DNA of 64,000 nucleotides from Mytilus californianus (GCF_021869535.1 NW_026262712.1:53568001-53632000), one strand, 5' to 3'. Counted from the stretch's first letter, positions 1-13,467 are shown. Numbers and translations: made by a program. The notes: generated from the sequence alone by a model not told the origin.

Positions 1-917
1 TATTTCCTGGCCCATAGGGATAATGATAGCCTTTTTAGAATTTTCACCACTTTCTAACACTGCCCAAAATTATACATACACAGTTAGTACTTTCATTATA
101 ATATTCAAAAATGAATTTGAATATGTATGATGACCGTTTACTTTTTTGCTATCTTTATAAACCGAAGGCCACTAGTGCCATTAGGTCTTTTATCATGCAG
201 TGAATACAAAATTTTTAAAAAATCTCCAAAAAATCATTTTCACCTGTATGTAAAATTGTTTCATATTTTCTACACCTGATCAATCCCTCAGTTTGGGAAA
301 GTAATGTTAAGTATATACTGTATTTTTTGTCCAATCATACTGTTCAGATACATTGAGTAGGTTACACAAAAGAGCAACTTAAATTCCGGAATGTAAATAC
401 TACCGTGCCACCTCAAATAACTTATATTTAAAGAGCGGTTGATACTGGGGGGGGGGGGGGGGGGGAAATCACTGTTTTTCACCTAGCACGTGCAATAAAT
501 GTGTATTTTAAAGGTGTTTGTTGAATTTAACCGTGAAATTGACAATCATTGTAGGGTGTGTTTGGTTTTCATGCATGCGTATTCGATCTGTTGGATATTC
601 AAGTAAAAGGTCAATTACACTAGTTCGTTAAAACTGGCACCGTCCGATGCCAAGAAAAGGTGCTCTGAAGTTGGAGAAGACAAATACATTACCTGCAATT
701 TTGTTTTTGCTGAAATTTTAAGAATAGCAACAGAATCTAAAAACAAGTCTCCTAAATGCTGCAGCAGTGAGACGTGATGATTTATTCATCTATTTCAACT
801 ATGTAATGATACGTAAACTGATTCAACCATATTTAGGTATAAAAGGTCTTGTTTTAAAAGCTACATAAGTAAACAGAATTTGAAATCAGTATAACACGAC
901 TGGGAAGGAAGCACCAG

Positions 918-2883
918 GGCTCGCCCCGCTATACCGATACCCCATTAGTCCAACACCCTATTAGTCCGACACCCCATTGGTCCAACACCCCATTAGTCCG
1001 ACACCCCATTGGTCCGACACCCCAATAGTCTGACACAAGCTGTAATTGAAAATCTACTTCAAACAAAGAAATGGAAAAGACAGCACTTCTCAACTGGCAC
1101 ATGTATGTAAGACATACCATTATCCTATAAATATAAGGCAATCGACAACCTTTGAATTTGATTGATTGAATGGTGTTTTCTTTACGTCCAGTGCCAAATA
1201 GTTTAAGCATGTTCAGGACGAAAACAATTAATAATTAATACAAAAGTGATGACCTGTAATAAGGAATCGACCGGGATGGAGGGCGGAAAATTTGGGCTGC
1301 CACGAGGGTATATTGGATAGGCATAGAAATTTGGCCTGGCAAAAGACTGTCATGGAATAGAAGTTCCTTTATAATATATGTTCTAAATATGGAATATTAT
1401 TTCCACTGGAAAAAATATTACGTTATTTGTGCTTACGGAATAAAGGGTATATATAATATTTGTTCGAAAGGAACAAAATATTATAGCATTGTTTATAACA
1501 AAGTTTCCAGAGGAACTTCTGTTAGGAGGAGCAAATATAGGTAAACAAGTGTGGAAACCATCTACGGACCTATCAAAGAGTTGCTGCAAGGTTTCTTAAA
1601 GTGCAGAGAGCGTGCCACTCTCTTAACACGAGGCATTGGATTTAACGTCCTTATCCAGATCGAACATGGCTACGTATTTATGCATCCAGCATAACCAAAG
1701 GACGCCCCACTTTGGCAAGGGGTTTACTTTATCGATAAAAAAAACCCCCATATTTCTATACCCAGTCACCGTTTATGTGAAGAGAATTTGTAATTCGAAG
1801 AACAGTCTATCGTCGTAAACAAAATGTCCAGACTGCAATATACTCTAACTGAAAAGATTTCAATATAACAAACAAACAAAAACTTATTATATCCAAGCAT
1901 GTTGGTTTCCATTTACACCGAACTTGAATTTAAAAATCGAAACTATCCATAGTAAGATTAAACAGTCGATATATTTGGTTCTTTATTGAATACATTTTGC
2001 ACTTTATTACGGTTGTTAAACTCAACGGATGGCATTTGCCGTTGGAATTGACTTACAGTGAATATTACTACTTCCAAGTTACCGCTCTTCATTCTGGTCG
2101 ACCCCTATTACTGGACTTACCTATTGTATTTATTGATAATTAGTTCTTATCCTAAACATGCATGAAATATTTGCCACTGGATGTAATGACAGATGTATCG
2201 CCCATTGCGTCTATGTTGTTGAAAAACGACATGTTTACCAGTTACGATGCTTTCGCCGGGAAAATTCAAATGTTCTGCCCTAATTTCACTCTTTCTTAAA
2301 TATCGGTGTCCATATATACAAACTAAACTGATGTTCTTTTTCAATGACATTAACCTGTTACATTTCAAATCCCCTTTTCAAAAAATTAATTTAATTAGAC
2401 GGTTTAGTTGAATTACAGCACCGTTATTACTTTTTATCGCTAGAGTTTTACCAGAAAAACGTGACTGTCTTAATTATTCACTCAAGCCATATTCACACAT
2501 TATCGCGTACGAAGCAAAGCTTCATTGGTTCCTTTATTTCTTTCTGCGTCATTTTTAACCTGTATCTCTGAGATACGGTATCCAGAGATATTTAAGCAAT
2601 TCGCCAAGACTTTAATAACAAAGTATTTTGTGCTTTTAGCTAGTGGTGATAAAATTCTGATACTTTTAGTACTATTACATTGACTTAGCTTGCAGCACCT
2701 GTTCCCACGACGGACAGCGTCATTCCTTTATTTTGAACGAATCTTTTATTTGGCTTTCTAATATAAAAATAAATACATTTTTTGGTTAAATATTTCGATG
2801 TCAGACTAATGGAATGTCAAACTATTGGGTGTCGAACCTATAGGGTGTCGGACTAATGGGGTGTCGGAATATCGGGTTGCCCA
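918..2883. mobile_element. Non-autonomous Mutator (MULE)/foldback-like DNA element with 9-bp TSD
   Basis: AAGCACCAG directly flanks both ends (909-917, 2884-2892). The ends are imperfect inverted repeats (CCCG-TAT-CCGA in register), followed by inverted arrays of a ~17-bp unit ACCCCATTAGTCCGAC (930-1036 vs 2800-2880). A 9-bp TSD is typical of MULEs. No transposase seen. Confidence 0.75.
1530..1780 (-). mobile_element. SINE fragment (Deu/Nin-domain-like) nested in the MULE-like element
   Basis: Minus strand reads GGATAAGGACGTTAAATCC...GTGGCACGCTC..., which resembles the central domain of Deu/Nin SINEs as recalled. The tRNA head was not recovered. Confidence 0.3.
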
Positions 2884-2939
2884 AAGCACCAGATATGAGG
2901 CCAGATTTATCCAATTTTATGTTGTTGAAAGTAATGTTA

Positions 2940-4290
2940 AAGTGTATAATTTGCAAGAAAATAAATGTCTCATAGAAAGTGAAAACATTTCATACCATGC
3001 TGGAAGATTAGCAAATCTAAATGGTGGTGCTGTTAGAGCAGGCGAAGCTGATATAATATACCGAAAAAAGCATGAGAATTTGATCAATAACTGAGTTTAT
3101 CATGCTGCATGTTTGATCACATGTTTGGCATAAAGACCAAATTACACCAAGAGTAGTTAAAATTATTGACAACGACCTTATTCGTGACTAAAAACTCTTG
3201 TTATTTGATCAATGTTATTAATGTATACAAGTCTTTCATACCAAATAAAATTATTGAGACCTACTGCAATTTCTATAAACTCAAGGCTAAACTTAAGAAG
3301 CACTACACGGATGCCATAGTGTTCTTTTCTAAACAAGGACATGGTATATCAAACATTTAATTTGAAAACGTCATTTATATTGGCGACGCCTTTAAAGCAT
3401 CAATTAATAACATCAAAGCAAAATCAAAAATTGTTTAAAAGCCGACAGACGGTATTGTTATCAGCTGTCCGACTTCACGTTGTAAGCACGAAGAGGTAGA
3501 TACCACAATGGTTCTCCATGCTTTTCATGCTGATGCTATGTTTAGTGGAAAAGACGGTAAAGATAGAATTTTTATCAAATCAGATGATACTCGCGTTCTT
3601 GTTCCGGCTGTCCATTTCTACTTGATGCTTAAAATTACAAAATTAAGAAGTATGTGTTCATACTGGTCCAATTAACAACTTGAAGGATAACAAACAATTT
3701 ATCTCAGTTTACGCCCCTGTTTCGTCTATAGACCCAGTTGTCGCCGAAATTCTGCCGATCATTCGTGCCTTGAGTGGATTTTTTTTCACTTCAAGATTTA
3801 TGTAATCGGTACAAAGTCGTTATGCAACCTCCTTCGGACGAAAGCAAGCCACTTCAGTAATCTTGTAGCATTAGCACATGGTGCTGTTAATAGTGCTATA
3901 GATGATGCTAGGGTGTTTGTAACTGCGTTATACGAATTAAAATATATCAGTTCAATAAATCGCACAACAAATTAAATTTGCTATGACAGTTGGCTATATA
4001 AAAAGATAAAAGTGTAATAAAACTTCTGCCATGTGAGTTAGTAATTAAGCAACACGTACTACATTTGTACGTTCACCATGCAAAGCAAAGTTTGGGTGTA
4101 GGCAAATGTTGCCAACCCAAAAAATGGCACACCATGCAAGAGGCAGTTTTCTTTGAAGGACAAATGACATCAGACTCTCTACAAGACCTTGTTTGTTCGT
4201 GTAAGGTGGAAAGCATGTGCAGACAGCATGCGTTAACAAGGAGCTGTGACTCATTTCTAAAACAATATTACGAGAAAAAATACTCGTAAG
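2940..4290 (+). mobile_element. Degraded Academ (AcademX-type) transposon coding remnant with XPG/PIN-like nuclease and Cys-rich tail
   Basis: Broken frames give KHEEVDTTMVLHAFHA...IFIKSDDTRVLV (the HEEAD/DTDV motifs of the XPG-like domain), an N-terminal YHAAC-like segment, and a C-terminal FEGQMTSDSLQDLVCSCK Cys-rich segment. Many stops and frameshifts; termini not found. Confidence 0.55.
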
Positions 4291-5216
4291 TCATGAACAT
4301 TTCAGTATAACTTACTTTCAATTTTAGTCGTAAGATTTCTTGATAAAAGTTTCGTTGGTGGCCTGTTGCAAGGCACAATTTTTGTTCCTATCCAATATAT
4401 CCTCATATTCCAGTGGCAGTCCAATTTTACCCCATGTTCTTCACGAAAGTCCTCTGTTACAAAACATACCTATTGTATTAATTGTTAATGTGTTCTCGTC
4501 CTGAACACGCATGAAATATTTGCCTCTGGACGTTAAGCAACCAACAATCAATCAGTCTATGTTGCACGAATTTGTGTTTTTTTTTTCAAAATGTAGGCAA
4601 TTGTAACAATGTCCAGGCCGTACTATACGACATAGCTGATGACACAGATGACATATCATGAACATTATTTATTGGAAATATTTTCTAACTAAATTGGGGT
4701 GTTCCACGTTCATGGTGTATGTGAATTTTAAATTTATATAATTATTCGACGTTTCATTTTGTACATAAAAACAGTCATGTCTTACTTTTTGAATTTGTCT
4801 TACCACCCGCTTGCATTCATTACAGTACCGTCGAATGAAAGTTAATTGTAGTTGTCACTTCATTAACTCATGCTTCTTGTATCATCTGAAAAATTATCGT
4901 GTATTGAGACTAAAAGTGGGAATTGTTTTCAGTGACATGTCGAATCATAGAAAACTGAGACGAAATCTAACCTGCAAATGTTGTTGGGTTTTATCAACAA
5001 TATGTTTCGGATACTCTATTAATACATATTGTTCTCAAATGTATGTATATCTTGTCCATGCTATTTATCGAGGTAGAAGATCAAGGTCATTCTGTTGCAG
5101 TTATGTATTAGGCGTTGAAATATCCACCAAACGTGTTACATTCAAAAAAGTTAAAACAATACGTTATTCTGACGTCATGTGCAAATATGAAACTACAGAA
5201 TAACTTAGATCTGTCT

Positions 5217-5598
5217 TCATTTGTGATGTTCTTTTCGCCGTTTGATAATGATAAAAACCATTCCATTCAGAACTCCTCCGATATTTGTGAAGGAAATAGC
5301 CAGGTACATAATTACTTCCGGTATTTCTCCAAGTAGGGCAGTTATAGAGTACACGGCCAATGGAAACCATTGTATCAAAAATACAGCGACGAACAGTGAC
5401 ATATTCCTTGCAGATTTGTGGACACATTTAATAGACTGAGCGGCACTTCCTAGTGTGTTTGCTATTTCCGTACTTTCCTTGTAAATTCTAATCCACGTGG
5501 CAATATAAAGTATGCTGTTTACGACGATTACAACGAATGTAAGCATCGTGGAGTAAAAAAACAATAAATCCGCACCTTTAATGGCATCAAAATGGCAT
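5217..5598 (-). CDS. 7TM receptor coding exon 2 (TM5-TM7, stop TGA 5219-5217)
   Basis: Acceptor TTTTGTTTATAG ends at 5599. Splicing gives GPTGIS|CHFD in frame, placing the extracellular-loop Cys. Total CDS is 966 nt = 321 aa; intron 5599-9429. Confidence 0.9.
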
Positions 5599-5664
5599 CT
5601 ATAAACAAAATTAATAAAAGTTAAGTCTAAATGTTTTCTTGCATACAGTAAAATTCTTGCTATA

Positions 5665-6356
5665 TAGATATAGGAAGATGTGGTATGAGTGCCAATGAGA
5701 CAACTCTCCATCCAAGTAACAATTTATAAAAGTAAACCATTATAGGTCAAGGTACGACCTTCAACACGGAGCCTTGGCTCACACCGAACAGCAAGCTATA
5801 AAGGGCCCCAAAAATTACTAGTGTAAAACCATTCAAACGGGAAAACCAGCAGTCTAATCTATATAAAAACGAGAAACGAGAAACTCGTATGAACTACATA
5901 AACAGACGACAACTACTGTACATCAGATTCCTGACTTAGGACAGGCGCAAACATATGCAGCGGGATTAAATGTTTTAATGGTACAAAACCTTCTCTCTTT
6001 TCTGAAACAATAGTATAACATCACAACATAGAAAGACATACTATAAAATATCAATTGGAAGGCTTAACTCAATCAAAAAACGCACAATTAATGAACGAAT
6101 AAATTTGATCTGTGATGCCTGAATGCAAATACATAGTTAATAAAAATTATAAGGGATAAATAATTTATGTCAAAAGTAATTAACAGGTTTAAACAAAGTA
6201 TGATACCACGGTGAAATGTTAAACAATATTTAGAAAATCGTCACTTTTGAAAAAATATGCGTCAAATTATACACAGGTAAATGAAAATAATTTTGTTGTT
6301 AAGTATACTTCTTCTGTGTGTATAAAATCTTCCGTTTAGGAATACCAAGAAATTTC
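5665..6356 (+). repeat. Dispersed repeat (GATGTGGTATGAGTGCCAATGAGACAAC family), long copy 1
   Basis: Aligns end to end with 10925-11626. Shorter copies lie at 12460-12760 and 18993-19408 (minus), with fragments near 20570, 40380, 50570, 51400 and 58200. Confidence 0.85.
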
Positions 6357-8019
6357 TTTAATATCAATAAAACTTATCTAACACTTGCTACATATGGGGT
6401 GAATATCAACAATAAAACTATACAATTAGTGCTAGATAAAACGTCCTGTACAGGTGCAAAAACAGCATTTAAGGAGAAATGAAATAATTTTGATGTTCAT
6501 AGTACGAAGAAGTGAAAATTTGTAGTAATTCCAAATAATCAAAGCTGGTATATAGACAAGATCCATATTAACATCAAATAACAAAAAAGCATTACAAATA
6601 GTATCAACAGGTCAAACCAACAAGAAAGTACGATTTGAGAGTACTACATATGTAGCAGTTACTGACAGCTAGTTAAAAGCCAAAACAATTAATAATAAAA
6701 AATCATGCATCAGAGACTAAAATCAACTAAAAAACATCCCAGGGATTTAGTATTTTAACGTCATGAACAGTCAAAGAAGACATGACTTGTGCAATGCCAA
6801 AAATAAATGTATCGACAGGTAGTAGGATAGTTAGGAGTGACTTCTTTATAGATAAAAATGAACGTGTGTGTGTCTCCATACATCCTGTTTGTTAACATTC
6901 ATTTCTAAAAGCTCTTATTTATTCAAGTTGCTGAATATTCAGTGGCAAATCTAACATGCAGAGTCAGTTGGATGAAAATTCAATTAAGTGTCATTGGCTG
7001 ATTTAGAGTCATCTTATTCTACTACTTCGTACAATATTACGTCAATAATCGTTAAGAAAATCTTTCCAACTCGTATATTTAATGCATTTAATAGCTTTGT
7101 ACAATCACAAAGGTTCATACGATTTGCAACTAAATTTTTATGATCTCTAGTGAAATACGCTAAAAACTAACCAGCGGTGTTGAAAAAAAATATGGGGAAG
7201 TTGCATTTTACATAATTATCATTAATTCATTATCAATATGGAGACTGTTGCTTGGTGCATATAGTTGAGTGCGTACATAATAAAGTTCAAACATTTTGAA
7301 GTTCAAAGGTCCAAGAAAAACAAACGAATGTATTATTGTTTATTCATGACAGTCTCGTGAGCTTGAGATTTTCCCAACACTTTTATTTCTAAAAATTGAT
7401 TCCAAACATGCAGACGAGAGAAATCATACACAAAAAAAACCAGCCGAACAGACGCCATTTGTACGAACAATGAGTCTTATCACATACTGCCATCGTAGCT
7501 GATAGTATGAGGCACCGTTTTACGATTTATGAAAAGATGATATCAAAAAATTGATATCAGATAAAAAAAAATTGTATTAGAAATTTGAATTTTTCATATC
7601 AGAATTTTTTTTTTATATGTATCAAGAAATTGATTTCCTGATAACAAAAATTCGAATTCCTGACATCAAAAAATCATTTTGTTATATTAAGAGATGTACT
7701 TCTTTTTTTATATCAGAAATTAAGGGAAAAAAATAATAATGGCAGCTGTATGTTAATTAACGATCTCTAGCTCACAATATTCCAAACATCAGGAAATATA
7801 TGCAAATAATGTTCCCGGTAGACTAATTGTGTCATAATTTGGAATACCTCTAGACGATATTGGTCATTATATTGGTTACCCCGGTTCCTTTGGTGCAAAA
7901 ACAAAATAATTATATCACTGATACTTTAAGTTTTATGAACATGATTGAGACTACAAAACCTCAAGAAAACTGCTATCTAATAACTTTTGATGCCAAAAAC
8001 ATTGTACACTAATCTTAAG

Positions 8020-8680
8020 TTTAGAGAAATTTTACAAACAACAGAACGAACACTGAATTACCTCGATCCTACTTATTACGAAATTCGAGTACCACCAAAA
8101 GACAAAATAATGAAACTGTAAGACATTATTCTAAAAAATAACATATTTACTCATAATAGTAGTTTTTTCTATCAAACGCTTGTAGTTCCAATAGGCAGAA
8201 GGGCGCCAGCGGAATTAGTCGACCTACGAATGTACGAAATACTGGAAAGTGTTTAACAAAGATTGACACATCGAAGCATAATACTAATGTGTTCAAGATT
8301 TAGAGACGTTGGCTGGATGATATATTCAGGTTTAACGGGCGGAATACAAGAACTTGCCGCCTGACCTAATACAATATATACCAATCTAAAGTTACATTCT
8401 AATTTTTCAAAAAATGAAGTTAACTTTCTTGACAAAGTCGTTTGCAAAGACGAACGTTTCAAAAACGAAGATATTTTTCAAATATGAAAACGTACATTAA
8501 ATCTACTGAAACTTTTCAACTCCTTCACAGAAAAACCTCACATCTAAGAAATGTATTTAAAGGATTTATTAATGCGAGGTATTACGACAAATAAAAAAAA
8601 AATAGCAGAGTATCAAAAACGTCTTTTAAAGAGCGGTTGGAAAAAAGACGAAGTACTTTAATATACTAAACATGCACACA
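8020..8680 (+). mobile_element. Degraded Penelope-type reverse transcriptase fragment in the receptor intron
   Basis: Broken frames give ILKNNIFTHN..FYQT..VPIG, NFSKNEVNFLD, ETFQLLHR and KRLLK, matching RT and thumb motifs of Penelope-like elements. Confidence 0.65.
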
Positions 8681-9429
8681 GAACTAGCCTACTACATTCA
8701 TAACATAAACAACAGAAAATAAATTAAAAAAAATAGATAAAAAAAAAACACTGGGGCTTAAGTTCACAAAACCCTGGCTGAACATATATATTTCAGAGGA
8801 AATCAATAACTACTTTTAAAAAGACGGGAATTTACAAGATTTTTTTACGAAAGCAACGAATAATTGATATATGAAACACAAAAATGCAAACTGAAATTTA
8901 CAACTCACAACCGATGTTCAGTTCAATAATACAATTCAATTAAAATGGTATTTATGTAAATAAAACTTTAACACAAAAATACTTATTAGTTAACTACTAA
9001 TGAAGCTGAGTTCTGAGATATTCGTTCCCTGAACACGAACGAAACACCAAACCTGATGTTTTGGCTAATGGCTGAGCTAGGACGCTTTTATTGACACATT
9101 CTTGATATAAAAAAAAATCGATATCAGGAATTCTATTTTTTTATATAATATAAAAATCGATTAATGTAGATGATATAAAAACAAAAGGATTTTTTTTATA
9201 GAAAAGAAATTGAATTACTGATATCAAAAACAATTTATCTTAATGTGATGTTATTCTTCAGATAAAACAAGGACCAACACTTAAAACAATAAAATCTAGT
9301 TTGTGTTTCACTTACTATTATTGAAGATCAATGAGTTTTAGACGTGGAATAGAGTGTCATAAATTCTTCAAAACGTTCTGATGCTTATCAACATGACTAT
9401 TAAATATCACTGAAGTATTTTATACTTAC

Positions 9430-10013
9430 GAAATCCCTGTTGGACCAAGCTTTCCAAGAAAAGCTGACACCAGATGAACAACAAATGGTATACCAAAAGT
9501 GTACAACAACAGCTTCCAGTCATATTTTCCCAAATGTATATCTTTTCTCAGGTATATCATACTAAAGGCATTAATAGAAACCGCATTGACCATGAACATT
9601 TGTGCGGATATGAACTCCCCAATGACGAAGGAGTAAAACATACAAAGTTCTCGTGGCTGTACATGGTTCTTTGTAATGTATATCTGCAAATGTTCCAATG
9701 AATGAGTCAGATTAAAAAGACCATCGCATATGGCCATGTAAACTACAAGACGCTCGCTTTTGGTCCTGCTGAAAAATCGGTGATTTGAAGTTCGGAAAGA
9801 TAAAGCAAGAACAATCACTGAAAACGTTAGACTGATGCTTATGCATGAAAGTGCAGTCAAATGTAAAGATACAAAGTGATTGTTTTCCAGACCAAATAGA
9901 GGCAGGTCGTACCCATCTCGTGGCGTATGGATTGTTGTTGTCTTGTTCGAAATGTGAACATCAGAATTTGATGTAAATTCAGAAATGTTAGACATTGAAG
10001 CGTTTGCCTTCAT
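9430..10013 (-). CDS. 7TM receptor, cAMP-receptor-like (CAR/GPR157/Git3-like) family, coding exon 1 (TM1-TM4)
   Basis: ORF from ATG 10013 with an N-glycosylation-rich N-terminus and hydrophobic helices (SERLVVYMAICD, ELCMFY, KYDWKLLLY). It ends at a GTAAGT donor (9429-9424) after TC, phase 2. Confidence 0.9.
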
Positions 10014-10924
10014 TACGTTTACCAGAAATGAATATCTAATAAAGGAAGTTTGATTAATATAACAACTAAGAGCAAATCTACAATCAGAAGATCTTGACCT
10101 TTGATAAACTTTAAATTATTGAATTATTTATTCACAAACTAATAGCTGCCAGATTTCCCAACCAGAAATGCATTGTTTTAGATCTGAAGTTAATAATTAG
10201 CAAATGGAAAACGGTTGGTACTTCCTGGTTGATTATCTTACCAGCGCAGAGGGTCGACTCGGAGCGGATAAAACAAAGTGGTATTTGATAAAAAAAAAAA
10301 CAATTCCAATGTTTGTGCTAAAACAATGTTTAGCTTTGTACTAAAAAAATATTTCTATGGCGCCATTTTAATATAAACTGAAAAAATATGTTAATCCGAA
10401 TACAGTAGAGACCAGTGGGTTTCAATGAGTTTAGATGCACGTCACATTAGATTTACGACATAGATGAAATTTCATGATCACAGTGCATTATAAATGGCTA
10501 CTAACAACTATCCAGCCAGGACAGCCAATAAGTTTATGTACATATAACATCAATATTTTTTTTACCTATCTATCGTCAACAAAAGTTATAGTGACGTTTT
10601 CCCTAATGTTGTTAATAGTTTTATAAGTTCATGAAATTACTCATCCTTCTGGGAATCCAAAATGTACCTTGGCGAGCATTTTAGCGATGGCAGACAGAGA
10701 GGTGTTAGTTGTTTTAACTTTGTCAACAAGGTATATCAAACTAATGTTTCTCACGTGTTTACTTGTAACTTAATTCTTGCAAACGATTTTTTTTTTAATT
10801 TGGGCAAATGAAAAAAAAAATAGGGCGAATGAAATGCCGATTGACACGAATGCATAACTCAGGTTTTGGTTGAATGCAATATGGTTTTGTAGTGTTCAAC
10901 GTTTTAAATTTGTTTGGCTTTAGA

Positions 10925-11626
10925 TAGATATAGGAAGATGTGGTATGAGTGCCAATGAGACAACTCTCCATCCAAGTTACAATTTATAAAAGTAAACCAT
11001 TATAGGTCAAGGTACGGCCTTCAACACGGAGCATTGGCTCACACCGAACAGCAAGCTATAAAGGGCTCCAAAAAATTACTAGTGTAAAACCATTCAAACG
11101 GAAAAACCAACGGTCTAATCTATATAAAAACGAGAAACACGTATGAACTACATTAACAGACGACAACTACTGTAATCAGATTCCTGACTTAGGACAGGTG
11201 CAAACATTTGCAGCGGAATTAAACGTTTTAATGGTACCAAACCTTCTCCCTTTTCTGAAACAATAGTATAATATCACAACATAGAAAAACACACTATAAA
11301 ATATCAATTGGAAGGCTTAACTCAATCAAAAAACGTAAATTAACACACAATGAACGAATAAATTTGACCTGTGACACCTGAATGCAAATACACAGTTAAT
11401 AACAAATTACAAGGGATAAATAATTAAAGTCAAAAGTAAATAAACAGGTTTAAACAAAGTTAAAGTATGATATCACTGTGAAATTTCAAACAATTTATAG
11501 AAAATATACACTTCTGAAGAAACCTGCGTCATATTATACACAGGTAAATGAAAATAATTTTGTTGTTAAGTATACTTCTTCTACTGTGTGTATAAAATCT
11601 TCCGTTTAGGAATACCAAGAAATTTC
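10925..11626 (+). repeat. Dispersed repeat, long copy 2 (direct repeat of 5665-6356)
   Basis: High similarity by eye to 5665-6356 over about 690 bp. Confidence 0.85.
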
Positions 11627-12459
11627 CATACTTTTGGTCTCAGTCGTTACTGAAAAATATATTCAAGAAGCACGTGCTGTACCCTGACACAAAACAATTT
11701 AACAAATGTTTTCCATAGCAAGAAAAATGTTCAGAGTATTTAGTAATTCATATCAACAAATCATGCAAAATATACAGAAACGATTATATTTATAAAGAAT
11801 ATTTTTATATATGTAATTGAAATTTCAAAGAGACAGCAACACAACAAAAATAAACAACCTTACAAAAGACAGTGGTCAATCCATGGATCTAAAAAAAATA
11901 GACAGACATTATACTACATATTGTCTCGACCTTAAGCAAGTTGAGAAGTCCACAGATATTCAATCAGTATTGAAATTCTCTAAACGATGTAATTTATGCT
12001 GCACAAATTCTTGTTATTCTTAATCAAATCTAAGATAAATTTATTAAGTTTTAAAAAAGAAAATGTTAAGAATGGTTAATGCGGCTAAATAATCCTAATG
12101 GATTAACGAGATTTGGTCATCGGTAATCCACTGTTGCTTCATGTTTACCAGTTTTCTATTTACCACCTAGAGGTACGTGTGGACCTGATTAACTTTGTGT
12201 TGATAGTCATCGAACGTGTGGTCTGATTGGTACCATGTAACAATGGTGTTATAAAAGACACTTGCTTTCATGTATATTATTTATAGATTATTAATGGTTC
12301 TGAAAACGTTTAATCTCATCAAAGGCAAATAGCCTTGAGATTAGATGTAGCCATAGGTTATCTGTTAATCACTATTTTCCAGACATGTTAATCACTATTT
12401 TCCAGACAAGATCAAGGACGTTTCACTTATGACTTCTTTACTTGGCTGATACAAAACAA

Positions 12460-12760
12460 CCCGCTGCATTTGTTTGCACCTGTCATAAGTCAGGAATCTG
12501 ATGTCCAGTAGTTGTCGTTTGTTGATGTGGTTCATAAGTGTTTCTCGTTTCTCGTTTTTTATATAGATTAGACCGTTGGTTTTCCCGTTTGAATGGTTTT
12601 ACACTAGTAATTTTTGGGGCCCTTAATAGCTTACTGTTCGGTGTGAGCCAAGGCTCCGTGTTGAATACCGTACAGTGACCTATAATAGTTTACTTTTATA
12701 AATTTTGACTTGGATGGAGAGTTGTCTTATTGGCACTCATACCACATCTTCTTATATCTA
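12460..12760 (-). repeat. Dispersed repeat, short copy of the same family
   Basis: Reverse complement of the first ~300 bp of 5665-6356. Confidence 0.8.
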
Positions 12761-13467
12761 TTGAGATGAAAAATTGTCATACAAAAAGACAAAAAGGAAA
12801 ATTAAGAAAAAAGGACTACAATTTTCATACTGTGGAGGTTAGAGAAAGTGTATCATTTCGTTTCTGAGTTGATCATCCTTTCATAATTCATGTATACCGT
12901 TAGGATCATGTTCTTGATTTTATGTTATTTCTATAGTTATAATAAAAAAAAACAAAGACAGAGCATAGGTCATTTTACATTTGGATGCATACTTGGATAA
13001 GTTTATTAATTTCCTGTTTCAGAGTGAGTCGATCATTGAACATCAGAAAAAGAAATTAAGTACATTCTCATTTCAAAATTGAATAACTTTTTCGAACTTT
13101 GTGGTAACAATGATTGATAAGACCGGCTTACTGTGTGGAATCTACGCCCGTCTGATTTATCTACCAATATGTAAAAAGATAGAACAAAGGGATTATCTTT
13201 GCTATCGGGACATTGTACTCGTTTTAAGATTTTCGCAACATTCTTACAAGTACCAAGAATACAAATTCAAAGATAACTAGTAATACTCATAATGATAGCT
13301 GTCTGTTTTCGCTAACTTTCTAAAACTAAAGTTACTTATGCTTTGTGACCCTATAACTTGAATATTTGATTCCCATTTTTGTTAAATCATTTCATCCTTT
13401 TCACCTAATTAATAATATGGCTTGAAAACATATGTTCTGTATGGACCTTGATATTCATTTCTTCTCT

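Noticed and set aside
447-465. 19-nt poly-G run as a functional G-quadruplex
   Set aside because: Isolated homopolymer with no supporting context; its length is also error-prone.
930-1036. Regular short repeats resembling a CRISPR array (also 19440-19615 and 48250-48326)
   Set aside because: Units are adjacent or separated by only a few bases, there are no unique spacers or cas genes, and each array has an inverted partner at the other end of a transposon.
5599-5711. N-terminal extension MESCLIGTHTT... of ORF 5217..5711
   Set aside because: It lies in the intron and in a dispersed repeat; the real exon starts at the 5599 acceptor.
8995-9050. Hammerhead-like motif after the Penelope remnant (CTAATGA...GAAAC)
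   Set aside because: The core G is mutated and no convincing stems could be drawn.
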